Source of the DNA: an uncultured Gammaproteobacteria bacterium
GTDB lineage: Bacteria > Pseudomonadota > Gammaproteobacteria > JABCZS01
Assembly (NCBI GenBank): GCA_964443025.1
Contig: CAYUEL010000001.1
Location: forward strand, 6,155 to 70,154
Direction of reading: 5' to 3'
Length of the DNA: 64,000 bases
In this document: piece by piece, positions 17,272 through 26,702 of the stretch
Numbering within the stretch: the first letter of the stretch is position 1
How the letters are laid out: the number at the start of each line of letters is the position of its first letter
Translations under genes and position numbers: made by a program
The notes under the pieces: generated by a model
Seen by the model: only the letters and a program-made list of their open reading frames with translations
Database searches by the model: none
Told to the model about the DNA's origin: nothing

Positions 17272-20200
17272 TTTCCACCTCGAGGTAATGCGGGTTCAGC
17301 TACCCAATGTTTTTCAATGTACTTTCCTTCTACATCAAAACCTATTTCCCTAAAGGCCTTTTCGGCTGCATACCGTGCACGTGGCCCGTGAGGTAAGTAA
17401 TGACCTGACGAGTTATCAATGTACCTTATTCTACCATGCACCAAATGCACTTCTCCCCCAGCTTGAACAGGCTCACCGTTGGCTAAATCAATATGCCCTC
17501 CCCCAGGCGTATCACGATTTTTCCCAACCACCAAACGTCCATCTTTTTTTACAACGTAGTTAAGCTTGCCAGTATAAGTTTGAAGAGCACGAACATTAAA
17601 TATATCTACCCTATCCAATTTATCCTGAGGAAATTTATTTTCAAATAACTGGGGTGCCTCTCGAGAGGGTGAAGGGGATCGGCTTGGACTTCGACCACCC
17701 CTACCTGAACCACCTGACGCTCCATGCGACGATCGTGCTTGTGGATTATTGTAAGCCTGTTGTGAGCGCAAGTAAAATGAAACACTGCGTCGGCTTGAAT
17801 CTGCATTAGCTTGTGGCAAAGACGGTAAGTACGTTCGGGTGACTGCATGGTGAGTGCCAGGATCAAAGGAAGCGTTGATAACTGATGTCACTTTCGGCGT
17901 CAAACCAGACTCAAAAATGACCTTGGGTTGAATATGAACACCACCATAAATCAAACGCATCGCTTCTTTATTGAAACTAGCGGGCACCCATAAGCATTGC
18001 CCCTCTAAATCTTTTTGGCTGAGATCTTCTGGTTTCCCAATGCCCAATGCTGTGAGTTCTTTTTCTAATTTTGTGCGCGATCGAATTAAATTCATCACTT
18101 CTTCTTTTTCATTGTTAATTATTTTCTTGGCTTCATTCGATTCCGCTTCCGTGAGTGAAACTGTATTTAAAATCGTTTCTAATGCAGCATCATCCCCATT
18201 AATGGCTTTATCGATTAATTCAACAGATGCACCTACAAATTCGCCAGCAATAGAATTCAGTGTTTTCTGATAATCATGACGAATAAGCTCTTTTGCCAAA
18301 GGATCAACTGATCCCTCCATAAATTGTGTTACTAAATACGAGACTTCAGGATATTTATAAGAGGTAGCTAAAACAGGATAGACATCATCCAACAATTGTT
18401 TATGAATTTTTTCCTGTTTTTCTTGAGTTGTTTTTTTAAAAGCATATGCCTTCGCGCGCTCAGCTGACTCGCGTATATGACTCTCATTGTAATTCCAATT
18501 ATGTTGCCCGTATTGCGAAACAATTCTGCTTCGGCTGCCTTCAATGCTCTGTATATGAGCCCTACGAATCTGAGAATCAATATTCGCATCGATCAGCTGG
18601 TTTTGTCTTGCAATATCCCCCAATTGATTATAACGAAACTGAGAGATTACTGCATAACTGCATTTTTTTCGGTATTCTGAAAAAGAGGATTTTGTTTTTT
18701 GTTCAATAAAACTTTGCTCGATATCTTTATATCTCTTTTGCCAATAAGGTGTGTCATTCTTAATGGCAATCAATTGTTTTAGAACGGCACGGTTGGATTC
18801 TTTTTCAGCGTTCATGATGTTTATAAAAACGGTGATACGGCTTAACTCTCTTAAACGTGCAAACTCAGGCAAGTATTCTGAAAACTCATCGTAATGATCC
18901 GTGAATTCTTGTGCAAACACATATTCGGGTGAAAAATGATGAGGCTTTTCCAGCTTGGATGTGATTGTCTTAACAAAGCGATATAAAAATAAGCTATTTT
19001 CTTCTGTTTTATCGATTAACCCTGTTTCATTTTTTTTCAAATTAGATAATCGAGTCAAATCATCAGCATGGTTTTCGTTAAGCATCATAAATTCAGGATC
19101 GGCAGGATTGTCTATCAAACAAATTTCACGCTTATCTTTCACAAACACCATGCCGGGTTTATCTTTGGATAGTTCTTTAATCTTTTCAAAAGATGGCATC
19201 GTATTGAATAGGTAAATTTGCCACCCTTCTTCGGCTTCACTTTCATCATCTACCAATTGCCCATCAACACCTCGTCGTAACAAATGTTTTTTAATAACCA
19301 TGCGTATTTGTGGTATTGCAAACTGCCTAATGCGCATATCTTGAACCGATTCATTTTCCTGAGGAGCAAACACAGTCACAGGTTCTGCTTCGATCCAAAA
19401 ACGATGTGCGGATTCTTCGACACCTTCACGTTCAGCACCATGAAAGTCCCGGATAATTTGTTTTAAGTGAGAGGGTAAATGTGCAATCATCTGCTCAATA
19501 GGGCGCATGCCATAAGGATATTTCCCGTTCACTTCCGATCCAACCGTCATCAATTTTAAAAAATAATCCGTTAGAAGCATGGTGCTCATGAAATCAGTTT
19601 GGAAAATGGAAGTGGGTGCAATCCGTATTTTATTATAGGGATGAAATTGCATGTTGCCATCTACTTGATCCAAACTTAATAAACCACCTAAAATATTTTT
19701 CTGCAATAACTCTTGTAAATCGGATAACGATATCACGCGCTCACTTTCTGGTCGATTTCCATCTAGCTTACGCATGGAAAACGTAATGTTGCCTGATTTA
19801 TAGTTTATTTCGACTGCATCTAAACTGTAATAAGCCTGATCTTTTTCTTCTTGAGGCATTGCAATAAAACGACTTGGTTGCAACCAACCTTGCGCATCAC
19901 GTCTAATCATTACCCAAGGTGCTTGTAAGTTTTGATTCAATTGATCAACAGTCCAATTTTTCTGTTTAAGCAATTCATCCATGAGCATTGTTCTTATCTC
20001 TTGCTCAACACCTGTCTCATTACCTTCCTGGTACCACTGACGCAAACAGGCTTCATAGGAAGCATATAAAACATCCACAAATTCATGATCAAACCTTATT
20101 TCTTTACCTGCATCACAATTCCGATTATGTTTAATAACGTCGATTAAAACATGCAATAAACGACGCATGGCTGCTTGCAAACTGGTTGCCTTATCCAAGA

Positions 20201-21428
20201 AGGCTACATTTGATTGCGGTGTTTCGATGAATGGAAATACATCTGCAATGTGCAGGCAGCGCTCCTGTAGCTCAGGAATCAGTTTATCTAACCTATCAAC
20301 CTTATAATGAAAACAGGCGAGTCTATTTAAGCAAAGTTGATAAGTGTAATGTTCAACATCCAATGATATTCTTCGGCTCAATACAACAGCATTGATGTAC
20401 ATCTCAAGTGCCATGGTTTCACAAGCCATTGCATCGATTTCATTTCCTGCTGATGTTGATGCAATCTGAAATTGCGTACCCGCCTGTAACAAAATATTAA
20501 CGATAATACCTGGCGTTACCCTCCCGGATAAAATGGGTATCCAATCAAGGAGTTGCAAAGCAAATTCCACTGGATTCTTTGATTCTTTATTAGCATTATT
20601 TTTACCCAGTAACCAACCCTCGTTAACCAAACTCCATTTAAATAGGTCTCGAAAATATTCGTTTTGCAATAACGATGCACAATACCTCATACTGTAATGC
20701 GAAGTTTCTTTGATGTACTCCGTGATATTTTTCAACGATTCAAATACTGTTTTTTTATTTCTTCCTGCTACGGTACCAAAAATATGAGCGATATTTTCGA
20801 ATAATACGTTATGATGTTCGTTTGTCTTTTTTGCATGGTACATGAAGTATTCAATGAGCACATCAATTTGGACACCAAAATAATCACCCTCTAAAAAATC
20901 AATGAATATTTCTATCGCCAATTCAGGTGTTAATGGTTTTTTTGTGATGTAATCAATTGAATCAACCGTCGGCTCATGCTTTTCCCTAAATTTAAGGTAA
21001 TCGGATAAATTCTCTGAAATATCATACAACTGAGATGAATAGGCATTAAAATATTCAACTGCATGACAAGTTGGAATAGGTTTGTTACGGTAATCTTCTT
21101 GTAATAATTGATATCGACGACGAAACCGTTCGGAAAAACGTTCACTTGTGCTAGTAATACGTGCTAGTGTTTGTTGTTCACTTGGCGTGGTTTTAGTTGT
21201 GGTAGCGGAATGAGCAAGCAAACGGTCGTATTCTTCTCGCGCTTGCGCTGTGCCTAATGCTTCATAAGCATTGTTTAATTGCGCCATGTCGCTAACATTA
21301 CCTGATCTGTCTGGATGCAATAAAATGGCCTTTTTTCGATAGGCTTTTTTAATCTCATTTTGTGAAACACTTTTATCCAAACCTAATACAGCGTAATAAT
21401 CAACTCCCTTTTCAATGATCATTCCCAA
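17256..21428 (-). CDS. 1390-aa modular protein: N-terminal DnaJ (J) domain, large unknown middle region, Gly/Ser/Arg-rich linker and a roughly 170-aa C-terminal module of unknown function; candidate Dot/Icm effector or toxin-like protein
   Basis: A J domain with an HPD motif is present (DYYAVLGLDKSVSQNEIKKAYRKKAILLHPDRSG...YEALG...REEYD). The linker reads SHGASGGSGRGGRSPSRSPSPSRE. The C-terminus (GKNRDTPGGGHIDLANGEPVQAGGEVHLVHGRIRYIDNSSGHY) is His/Gly-rich. Codon usage is AT-rich. Confidence 0.6.
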   Translation of the reverse strand: MGMIIEKGVDYYAVLGLDKSVSQNEIKKAYRKKAILLHPDRSGNVSDMAQLNNAYEALGTAQAREEYDRLLAHSATTTKTTPSEQQTLARITSTSERFSERFRRRYQLLQEDYRNKPIPTCHAVEYFNAYSSQLYDISENLSDYLKFREKHEPTVDSIDYITKKPLTPELAIEIFIDFLEGDYFGVQIDVLIEYFMYHAKKTNEHHNVLFENIAHIFGTVAGRNKKTVFESLKNITEYIKETSHYSMRYCASLLQNEYFRDLFKWSLVNEGWLLGKNNANKESKNPVEFALQLLDWIPILSGRVTPGIIVNILLQAGTQFQIASTSAGNEIDAMACETMALEMYINAVVLSRRISLDVEHYTYQLCLNRLACFHYKVDRLDKLIPELQERCLHIADVFPFIETPQSNVAFLDKATSLQAAMRRLLHVLIDVIKHNRNCDAGKEIRFDHEFVDVLYASYEACLRQWYQEGNETGVEQEIRTMLMDELLKQKNWTVDQLNQNLQAPWVMIRRDAQGWLQPSRFIAMPQEEKDQAYYSLDAVEINYKSGNITFSMRKLDGNRPESERVISLSDLQELLQKNILGGLLSLDQVDGNMQFHPYNKIRIAPTSIFQTDFMSTMLLTDYFLKLMTVGSEVNGKYPYGMRPIEQMIAHLPSHLKQIIRDFHGAEREGVEESAHRFWIEAEPVTVFAPQENESVQDMRIRQFAIPQIRMVIKKHLLRRGVDGQLVDDESEAEEGWQIYLFNTMPSFEKIKELSKDKPGMVFVKDKREICLIDNPADPEFMMLNENHADDLTRLSNLKKNETGLIDKTEENSLFLYRFVKTITSKLEKPHHFSPEYVFAQEFTDHYDEFSEYLPEFARLRELSRITVFINIMNAEKESNRAVLKQLIAIKNDTPYWQKRYKDIEQSFIEQKTKSSFSEYRKKCSYAVISQFRYNQLGDIARQNQLIDANIDSQIRRAHIQSIEGSRSRIVSQYGQHNWNYNESHIRESAERAKAYAFKKTTQEKQEKIHKQLLDDVYPVLATSYKYPEVSYLVTQFMEGSVDPLAKELIRHDYQKTLNSIAGEFVGASVELIDKAINGDDAALETILNTVSLTEAESNEAKKIINNEKEEVMNLIRSRTKLEKELTALGIGKPEDLSQKDLEGQCLWVPASFNKEAMRLIYGGVHIQPKVIFESGLTPKVTSVINASFDPGTHHAVTRTYLPSLPQANADSSRRSVSFYLRSQQAYNNPQARSSHGASGGSGRGGRSPSRSPSPSREAPQLFENKFPQDKLDRVDIFNVRALQTYTGKLNYVVKKDGRLVVGKNRDTPGGGHIDLANGEPVQAGGEVHLVHGRIRYIDNSSGHYLPHGPRARYAAEKAFREIGFDVEGKYIEKHWVAEPALPRGGKWRPK

Positions 21429-21564
21429 CCTCCTAACATTTAAAAATTAGAACACACTTCATTTTTTACAACAACCCCCCATTTGGGTAGTATTTTATTG
21501 TGCAAAAATGTGATTTAATCTACGGGGTGTATAACAGGCACCTATTCAACCACGGAGGTTTATT

Positions 21565-23598
21565 ATGTTTCAAGAAATAGAAGGGCTTCTTAATGAAGCT
21601 GAATACGAAGCAACATTAGAAAACACCGATGCTGCTGATGCAGCCTATAAAAATGCCGTTAAACTGCTTGGAGAGAAAAAAACAGCTAACGGTATTAAAG
21701 AAATTTCAGCCAAAGTTTATCATGCTTATGGCTCTTTTTTAGTAGCGCAAGACGATCCAAGTAAACAAGGACAGGGGCAGAGCTATTTAACGATTGCAAA
21801 GAAATTTTCCAGTCAGCCAGTTGCTTCGCCATCTTCGTCTTCGTCCTCGTCATCATCATCTTCGTCGTCACCTTCTTCATTGTCGTCGTCTTCTTCGTCT
21901 TCAACACGTGCACCGGTGCGCAGCATGAGTGATAATCATGTCAACAAAGTACCTAGTAATTCCGCTGTACGAGCCATTTACGAAAAAGCAACGAAAGACG
22001 ATGATACGGATGCACAATTTTCTTTAGCTGAACATTACAGCCGTGGCGAAGGTGTTGAACAGGATTGGGAAGAAGCGTTGTATTGGTACCAACGCGCTGC
22101 GAGTCAAGACCATGTAGAAGCACATATCCAAATAGCTTTAATGTATTTTCGAGGTATCGGGGTACCTAAAAGTATTGAGAAAGCCGGTGAATGGTTTCGT
22201 AAAGTGGCCGGTGAACAAGGGGCATTACAACAATATTGTTTAGCGATGTGTTGCTCCGAAGGTTGGGGTGTTGCAAAAGATGAGAAGAAAGCATTTACAT
22301 TAGCTGAACAATCGGCATCACAACCAGGCGGCTGTGTGTATGCAGAATTTCAATTGGGACAAATGTATAATACGAAAGGGGCTAACAAAAATGTTAATCA
22401 AGCAAAAGCATGGTTTAAAAAAGCCGCTGATAAAGGTTATGCCCCTGCACAAAATAATTTAGGTAATCTTTATGGGCAATTATTTCAACAAGGAAACAGT
22501 GAAATCCCTCAAAACTACATTGAAGCCCGCAAATACTGGGAAAAAGCAGCTAACCAAAAACATGCGATGGGCGAATACAGTATGGGTCTGATGTTCTCTG
22601 AAGGAGCAGGCGTCACCATAGATTACAAGCAAGCTGTAGTATGGCACGAAAAGGCGGCGAAACAAGGCTATGCCCCCGCGCAAACACAGTTAGGGTGGAT
22701 CTTTCTGTGGGGAGCAGGCGGTATGCCAATAGAGAAAAACAAAGCACGTTCTTGGCTTAAAAAAGCAGCAGATCAAGATGACAGTATGGCACAGTGTAAC
22801 TTAGGTCGTCTTTGCGAAGACGAGCAAGATTACCATGCTGCAGCGGTATTATACAAAAAAGCAGCTGACCGAGATTATGAGTGGGCAATGTTCTATTTGG
22901 GCCTTCTCTATAAAAACGGATTTGGCGTTTCCAAAAATTACAACACCGCTCATGACTGGTTTAAAAAGGCTGCAGATTTAGGGCATGCCGAAGCGCAATA
23001 TTGGTTAGGTTGGTTGTACGAATATGGTCACGGCGTTACCCTAGACTACCCCACCGCATCTAAATATTACAAACTGTCAGCAGATCAAGGCGATGCAAGA
23101 GGGCAAGCTGGGCTTGGCATGTTATATGAGGAAGGTAAAGGTGTATCAAAAGATTTAACTACAGCCTTTGACTATTACAAAAAAGCAGCCGGCCAAGGTA
23201 ATAAGATGGGAAAATATTACCTAGCCAGCTTGTACAAAGAAGGCAAGGGTACCCGTAAAAATCTAAATGAGGCCTTTAAACTTTTTCTAGAGTGCGCGAA
23301 GGAAGACGATGAAGAGGCCATGATAACCGTTGGCTATATGTATGAAAAAGGCGATGGTATTGGACGAGACTATGCACAAGCCCGCCACTGGTACGAAAAA
23401 GCTGCCGCCAAGGATAATGCGCAAGCGATGCACAACATAGGTTGCCTCTATAAAGATGGAAATGGCGTCGATCAAAATTGGGATACCGCTAAGGAATGGT
23501 GGCAACAAGCTGCTAATCTTGGTCACAGCGATGCAAGCCGTGCCCTTCAAATTTTTGCACATCGCCACGGTTCTAATTCTTCATGCAGGATTTCGTAG
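21565..23598 (+). CDS. Sel1-repeat (TPR-like) protein with an internal poly-Ser tract; eukaryotic-like candidate effector
   Basis: 677 aa. There are more than 12 tandem Sel1-type repeats (A...G.A.AQ..LG.MY..G.GV..D...A..W..KAA.QG). A roughly 25-residue Ser run is encoded at 21829-21903. No signal peptide is present. A good SD (GGAGGT) precedes the start. Confidence 0.8.
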   Translation: MFQEIEGLLNEAEYEATLENTDAADAAYKNAVKLLGEKKTANGIKEISAKVYHAYGSFLVAQDDPSKQGQGQSYLTIAKKFSSQPVASPSSSSSSSSSSSSSPSSLSSSSSSSTRAPVRSMSDNHVNKVPSNSAVRAIYEKATKDDDTDAQFSLAEHYSRGEGVEQDWEEALYWYQRAASQDHVEAHIQIALMYFRGIGVPKSIEKAGEWFRKVAGEQGALQQYCLAMCCSEGWGVAKDEKKAFTLAEQSASQPGGCVYAEFQLGQMYNTKGANKNVNQAKAWFKKAADKGYAPAQNNLGNLYGQLFQQGNSEIPQNYIEARKYWEKAANQKHAMGEYSMGLMFSEGAGVTIDYKQAVVWHEKAAKQGYAPAQTQLGWIFLWGAGGMPIEKNKARSWLKKAADQDDSMAQCNLGRLCEDEQDYHAAAVLYKKAADRDYEWAMFYLGLLYKNGFGVSKNYNTAHDWFKKAADLGHAEAQYWLGWLYEYGHGVTLDYPTASKYYKLSADQGDARGQAGLGMLYEEGKGVSKDLTTAFDYYKKAAGQGNKMGKYYLASLYKEGKGTRKNLNEAFKLFLECAKEDDEEAMITVGYMYEKGDGIGRDYAQARHWYEKAAAKDNAQAMHNIGCLYKDGNGVDQNWDTAKEWWQQAANLGHSDASRALQIFAHRHGSNSSCRIS

Positions 23599-23620
23599 TG
23601 AGCTATTTATAGATTATAAA

Positions 23621-23654
23621 CAACCCCTCGAAAGAGGGGTTGTGGGTTTATTTA
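23621..23654. terminator. Rho-independent terminator (stem CAACCCCTCGAAAGAGGGGTTG followed by TGGGTTTATTT); possibly bidirectional between the Sel1 gene and dotA
   Basis: A perfect 9-bp GC-rich stem with a 4-nt loop is followed by a T-run, 23 nt after the Sel1 stop. Confidence 0.65.
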
Positions 23655-23771
23655 CCCAACCCAAATTATGAGTTACAAAATTAGCGCTAACTCAGCAAAA
23701 AGGATTTTCAATATGGATACCTTGCATCAGCTTTGATGGCCGCATTAAGCGCTTATGCCCTACAACCCTTA

Positions 23772-26255
23772 TCACTGTTTCATTTTTGCTTTATCATCAA
23801 GAGAACTTCCACCACCACCTCCACCTTTATTTTTGTCTCTTTCTGCCTTGGCTGCTTTACCAGCTGTACTACCCAGTTCATCGGATTCACCCGCTTTTTG
23901 AGCGCCTATTTCAGCACGGTACATATCGCCTTTCTGAGCGGCACCTGCATAACCCGCGCCCACAGCACCGGCACCTGTTTCGGCACCTGCTTTCGCGCTG
24001 CCCAAGGCTTCTTGTGCACCGTGTACACCCATGGATTGGTCGCCAATCCAATGAAGGACTTTGTTCGGTAATACCGTAATGAGTGAATACACTTCCGTTG
24101 CAACGTAAATCAACATACCAGTGTAGGTTGTCATGATGGTCACGAAGCCAAACATGTCTTCAATTCTAAAGGTTTTAATCGTTAACATGAGGAAGCCTAT
24201 GTTCAACAATTCCACCGCCATCCACATCATGATCATCGCACCGGCAAAACCAATGATCATCAAGCTGGGACGTAAGAACAAGTTTAAGATCAACATGTAA
24301 GCCGGTGCTGCGCGGCCCCAAATATCATCCCGTGTTTCGGGGAAAATTAAACCCACCGCAACAATCGGTGCAGCGGCAATCGATTCGACGACTTGCATCA
24401 TCCAACCAATGGCCCCCACAAAGAATGTTACAAACGGTATCAGCGGCAAGAAAATACCCAACATCGCACCTTGCGCATACATGAATACGCCCAATGCTAA
24501 TATGGCGGGTATTAACAAGTTAGCAAGCGATTGCGCAACATACGCCCACGCATTGGTACAAGCACCCCAGCTGAGACCTAAGTTCAGGGCAATCAGCGTA
24601 GTACTTGCTATGGTAATTAAAATCACAGCATCTTGCGTTAATCGTTTACCATAATTCGCGGCACGGATGATCGGATCTTGCGCCACTTGCCGATTTACGT
24701 TACTGGATTTTGTTTCGTAGGTAGAACCATCACCGGTTAAATAACGGATGTAATCTTCCACACTCATGCGCGTTTCTCTGGTTGCATCATCTTGACCCTT
24801 TGCATCCAATCTTTGTAACGCTTTATTAATGGCTTCAAAATCTACGATACCGATTTCATGTTCGCCACGGGTAGTGATGTCCCCTTTCTTTTTCTTTGTT
24901 TTCGTTGATTTTTCAAATGTCTCATTTTCTTTGTCTAACGTTTCTATGTAATATTTTCCGTCCCAATGGTAAAATGTATCCCAGAATTTATTCAAGTCAG
25001 CATAACTATCGTAATCCCGCGTTACTTTAAAATAAAGAAATTGGCTATTGACGGATGCAGCCTCGGGCACGATAAATTCTGCCTTCATGTTTTGGGGTTT
25101 TTCTTCTTGATTTGCAAGCACGGTGTAATAATTCCCCGCTAAAATCCAACCATAACGTTTTAACGTATCATAATGTTGACTTTTCGCGGATTGTTTTTTA
25201 GTTTGCTCTTCAGGTTCTTGTAATATGTTTTCATAGCCCACGATGTAATTAATAAATAATTCAGCGCCACGTTTGGCATCATTGAAAAAGATATCATAAT
25301 CAGTCTCACTACCTTTATTTGTAATTTCCCGTGTAAGACCTTCTAATCCACGCGACAAATTAAATAACGCGTTGGTATAAACACGCTGACGTGCTTCATG
25401 GTTATTTTCCGTTTCATCATCCCACTTAGGTAATTCCACTCGTAATTGCCCGCATTCAGCGCCTGGTACTGTTACTTCGGCTGTACTTTTTGCATCCTCA
25501 GGATCGTACAATGAGCGATCGCCAAAGTTAATGATATTGGTATATCCCGGTGCTAAATAAACGGAATAACCACCGCTTTGCATGGCTTCTCGCGTTTCTG
25601 TATCGGCATTAAATTCATCCACGCATAACATATTTTTTGACAAATAATGAGGAAAAGGCCCACCGCCCGCAAAACTTCTACCGTCAGATAAGCTTCCCTC
25701 CAAATTGTATACATACCCTAAATTTTCTGCCGTCATGTAATTTAAATGCCCTTCAACCCCTTTGGCGCGTATAGCACCCCCTTTTTCAAAAAAATCAACC
25801 ATGGTATTCCACATCGTATCGGCTGCACCAATGCCTTGTAAGGTTAACCACATGACGATGTATTGCGATAATACGTAACCGCTACCCCCTTTGGGAACAA
25901 GCAATGCAATACCAATCACACTGCGCACGGGCATCCACATGGAATTCCATTTTTCGCCCAGGGGTTTACCTTCATTGGCGGTATTTAATGTACCGGCTAG
26001 CATGGTGTAAATAATGATGATGATACCCACCACCATGCAAACTTGGTTGAACATACCGAACAAATTGGACATGAGTACTTGATCGGGAATTGGCATATCG
26101 CCATGCTGAATTAATTCGCTACCAAAAATATTACCCAAATACCAAACAGCTAAATCTTCTTCACTGGGTGTGAAAAACGTCGGCAAATCCACGTTTTGTG
26201 CCATGGCGGTGGCGGACGTCAATAACAACACTACAATGGCTAAGATGCGCAACAT
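23772..26255 (-). CDS. dotA: DotA polytopic inner-membrane Dot/Icm protein
   Basis: 827 aa. An N-terminal signal/TM is followed by a large periplasmic domain, a cluster of C-terminal TM helices and a Gly-rich tail. It lies immediately downstream of icmV, 3 nt after the icmV stop, as in Coxiella-type loci. Confidence 0.55.
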   Translation of the reverse strand: MLRILAIVVLLLTSATAMAQNVDLPTFFTPSEEDLAVWYLGNIFGSELIQHGDMPIPDQVLMSNLFGMFNQVCMVVGIIIIIYTMLAGTLNTANEGKPLGEKWNSMWMPVRSVIGIALLVPKGGSGYVLSQYIVMWLTLQGIGAADTMWNTMVDFFEKGGAIRAKGVEGHLNYMTAENLGYVYNLEGSLSDGRSFAGGGPFPHYLSKNMLCVDEFNADTETREAMQSGGYSVYLAPGYTNIINFGDRSLYDPEDAKSTAEVTVPGAECGQLRVELPKWDDETENNHEARQRVYTNALFNLSRGLEGLTREITNKGSETDYDIFFNDAKRGAELFINYIVGYENILQEPEEQTKKQSAKSQHYDTLKRYGWILAGNYYTVLANQEEKPQNMKAEFIVPEAASVNSQFLYFKVTRDYDSYADLNKFWDTFYHWDGKYYIETLDKENETFEKSTKTKKKKGDITTRGEHEIGIVDFEAINKALQRLDAKGQDDATRETRMSVEDYIRYLTGDGSTYETKSSNVNRQVAQDPIIRAANYGKRLTQDAVILITIASTTLIALNLGLSWGACTNAWAYVAQSLANLLIPAILALGVFMYAQGAMLGIFLPLIPFVTFFVGAIGWMMQVVESIAAAPIVAVGLIFPETRDDIWGRAAPAYMLILNLFLRPSLMIIGFAGAMIMMWMAVELLNIGFLMLTIKTFRIEDMFGFVTIMTTYTGMLIYVATEVYSLITVLPNKVLHWIGDQSMGVHGAQEALGSAKAGAETGAGAVGAGYAGAAQKGDMYRAEIGAQKAGESDELGSTAGKAAKAERDKNKGGGGGGSSLDDKAKMKQ

Positions 26256-26258
26256 AAA

Positions 26259-26702
26259 TTACTCTCTCAAGGACGAATCCAAGTATTCTTTAAATGTACA
26301 ACCTAATTTTTTCTGCTTTAATTGGAATAACCAAAAATGGCTGCGAAATGCGTAACTGATGGCTAAGGCAGCTACAGTGAATGCCAATATCATGCTTAAT
26401 ATTTCTTTTTGAAAGGCAAGATAAACGCCATAAGCAATCACCGCCAAGCCAACCACCACATAAATAACAGTTTGTTGAAAAAACATTTTTTTGCGATCGT
26501 TAATGTCGGCCTCGGAAAGGCGCATGCGTATCATGGCGTCTTCGTAAGTTTCTGCAGGACCTCTGCTCTCTTTTTTCCAAGGCATAAAGATAGTTAAGAT
26601 AATGTCTTTACACATACCCAAAACAGATGTAAAAATACCCCATTCAACCGCATTACTGACGCTCGTTTTGGTTTTTGCAACACGCCGTGCTAAAAATCCC
26701 AT
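26259..26702 (-). CDS. icmV: IcmV small inner-membrane Dot/Icm protein
   Basis: 147 aa (Legionella IcmV is 151 aa) with two hydrophobic segments. It is directly upstream of dotA, and its start overlaps the stop of orf482 (TAATG). Confidence 0.55.
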   Translation of the reverse strand: MGFLARRVAKTKTSVSNAVEWGIFTSVLGMCKDIILTIFMPWKKESRGPAETYEDAMIRMRLSEADINDRKKMFFQQTVIYVVVGLAVIAYGVYLAFQKEILSMILAFTVAALAISYAFRSHFWLFQLKQKKLGCTFKEYLDSSLRE

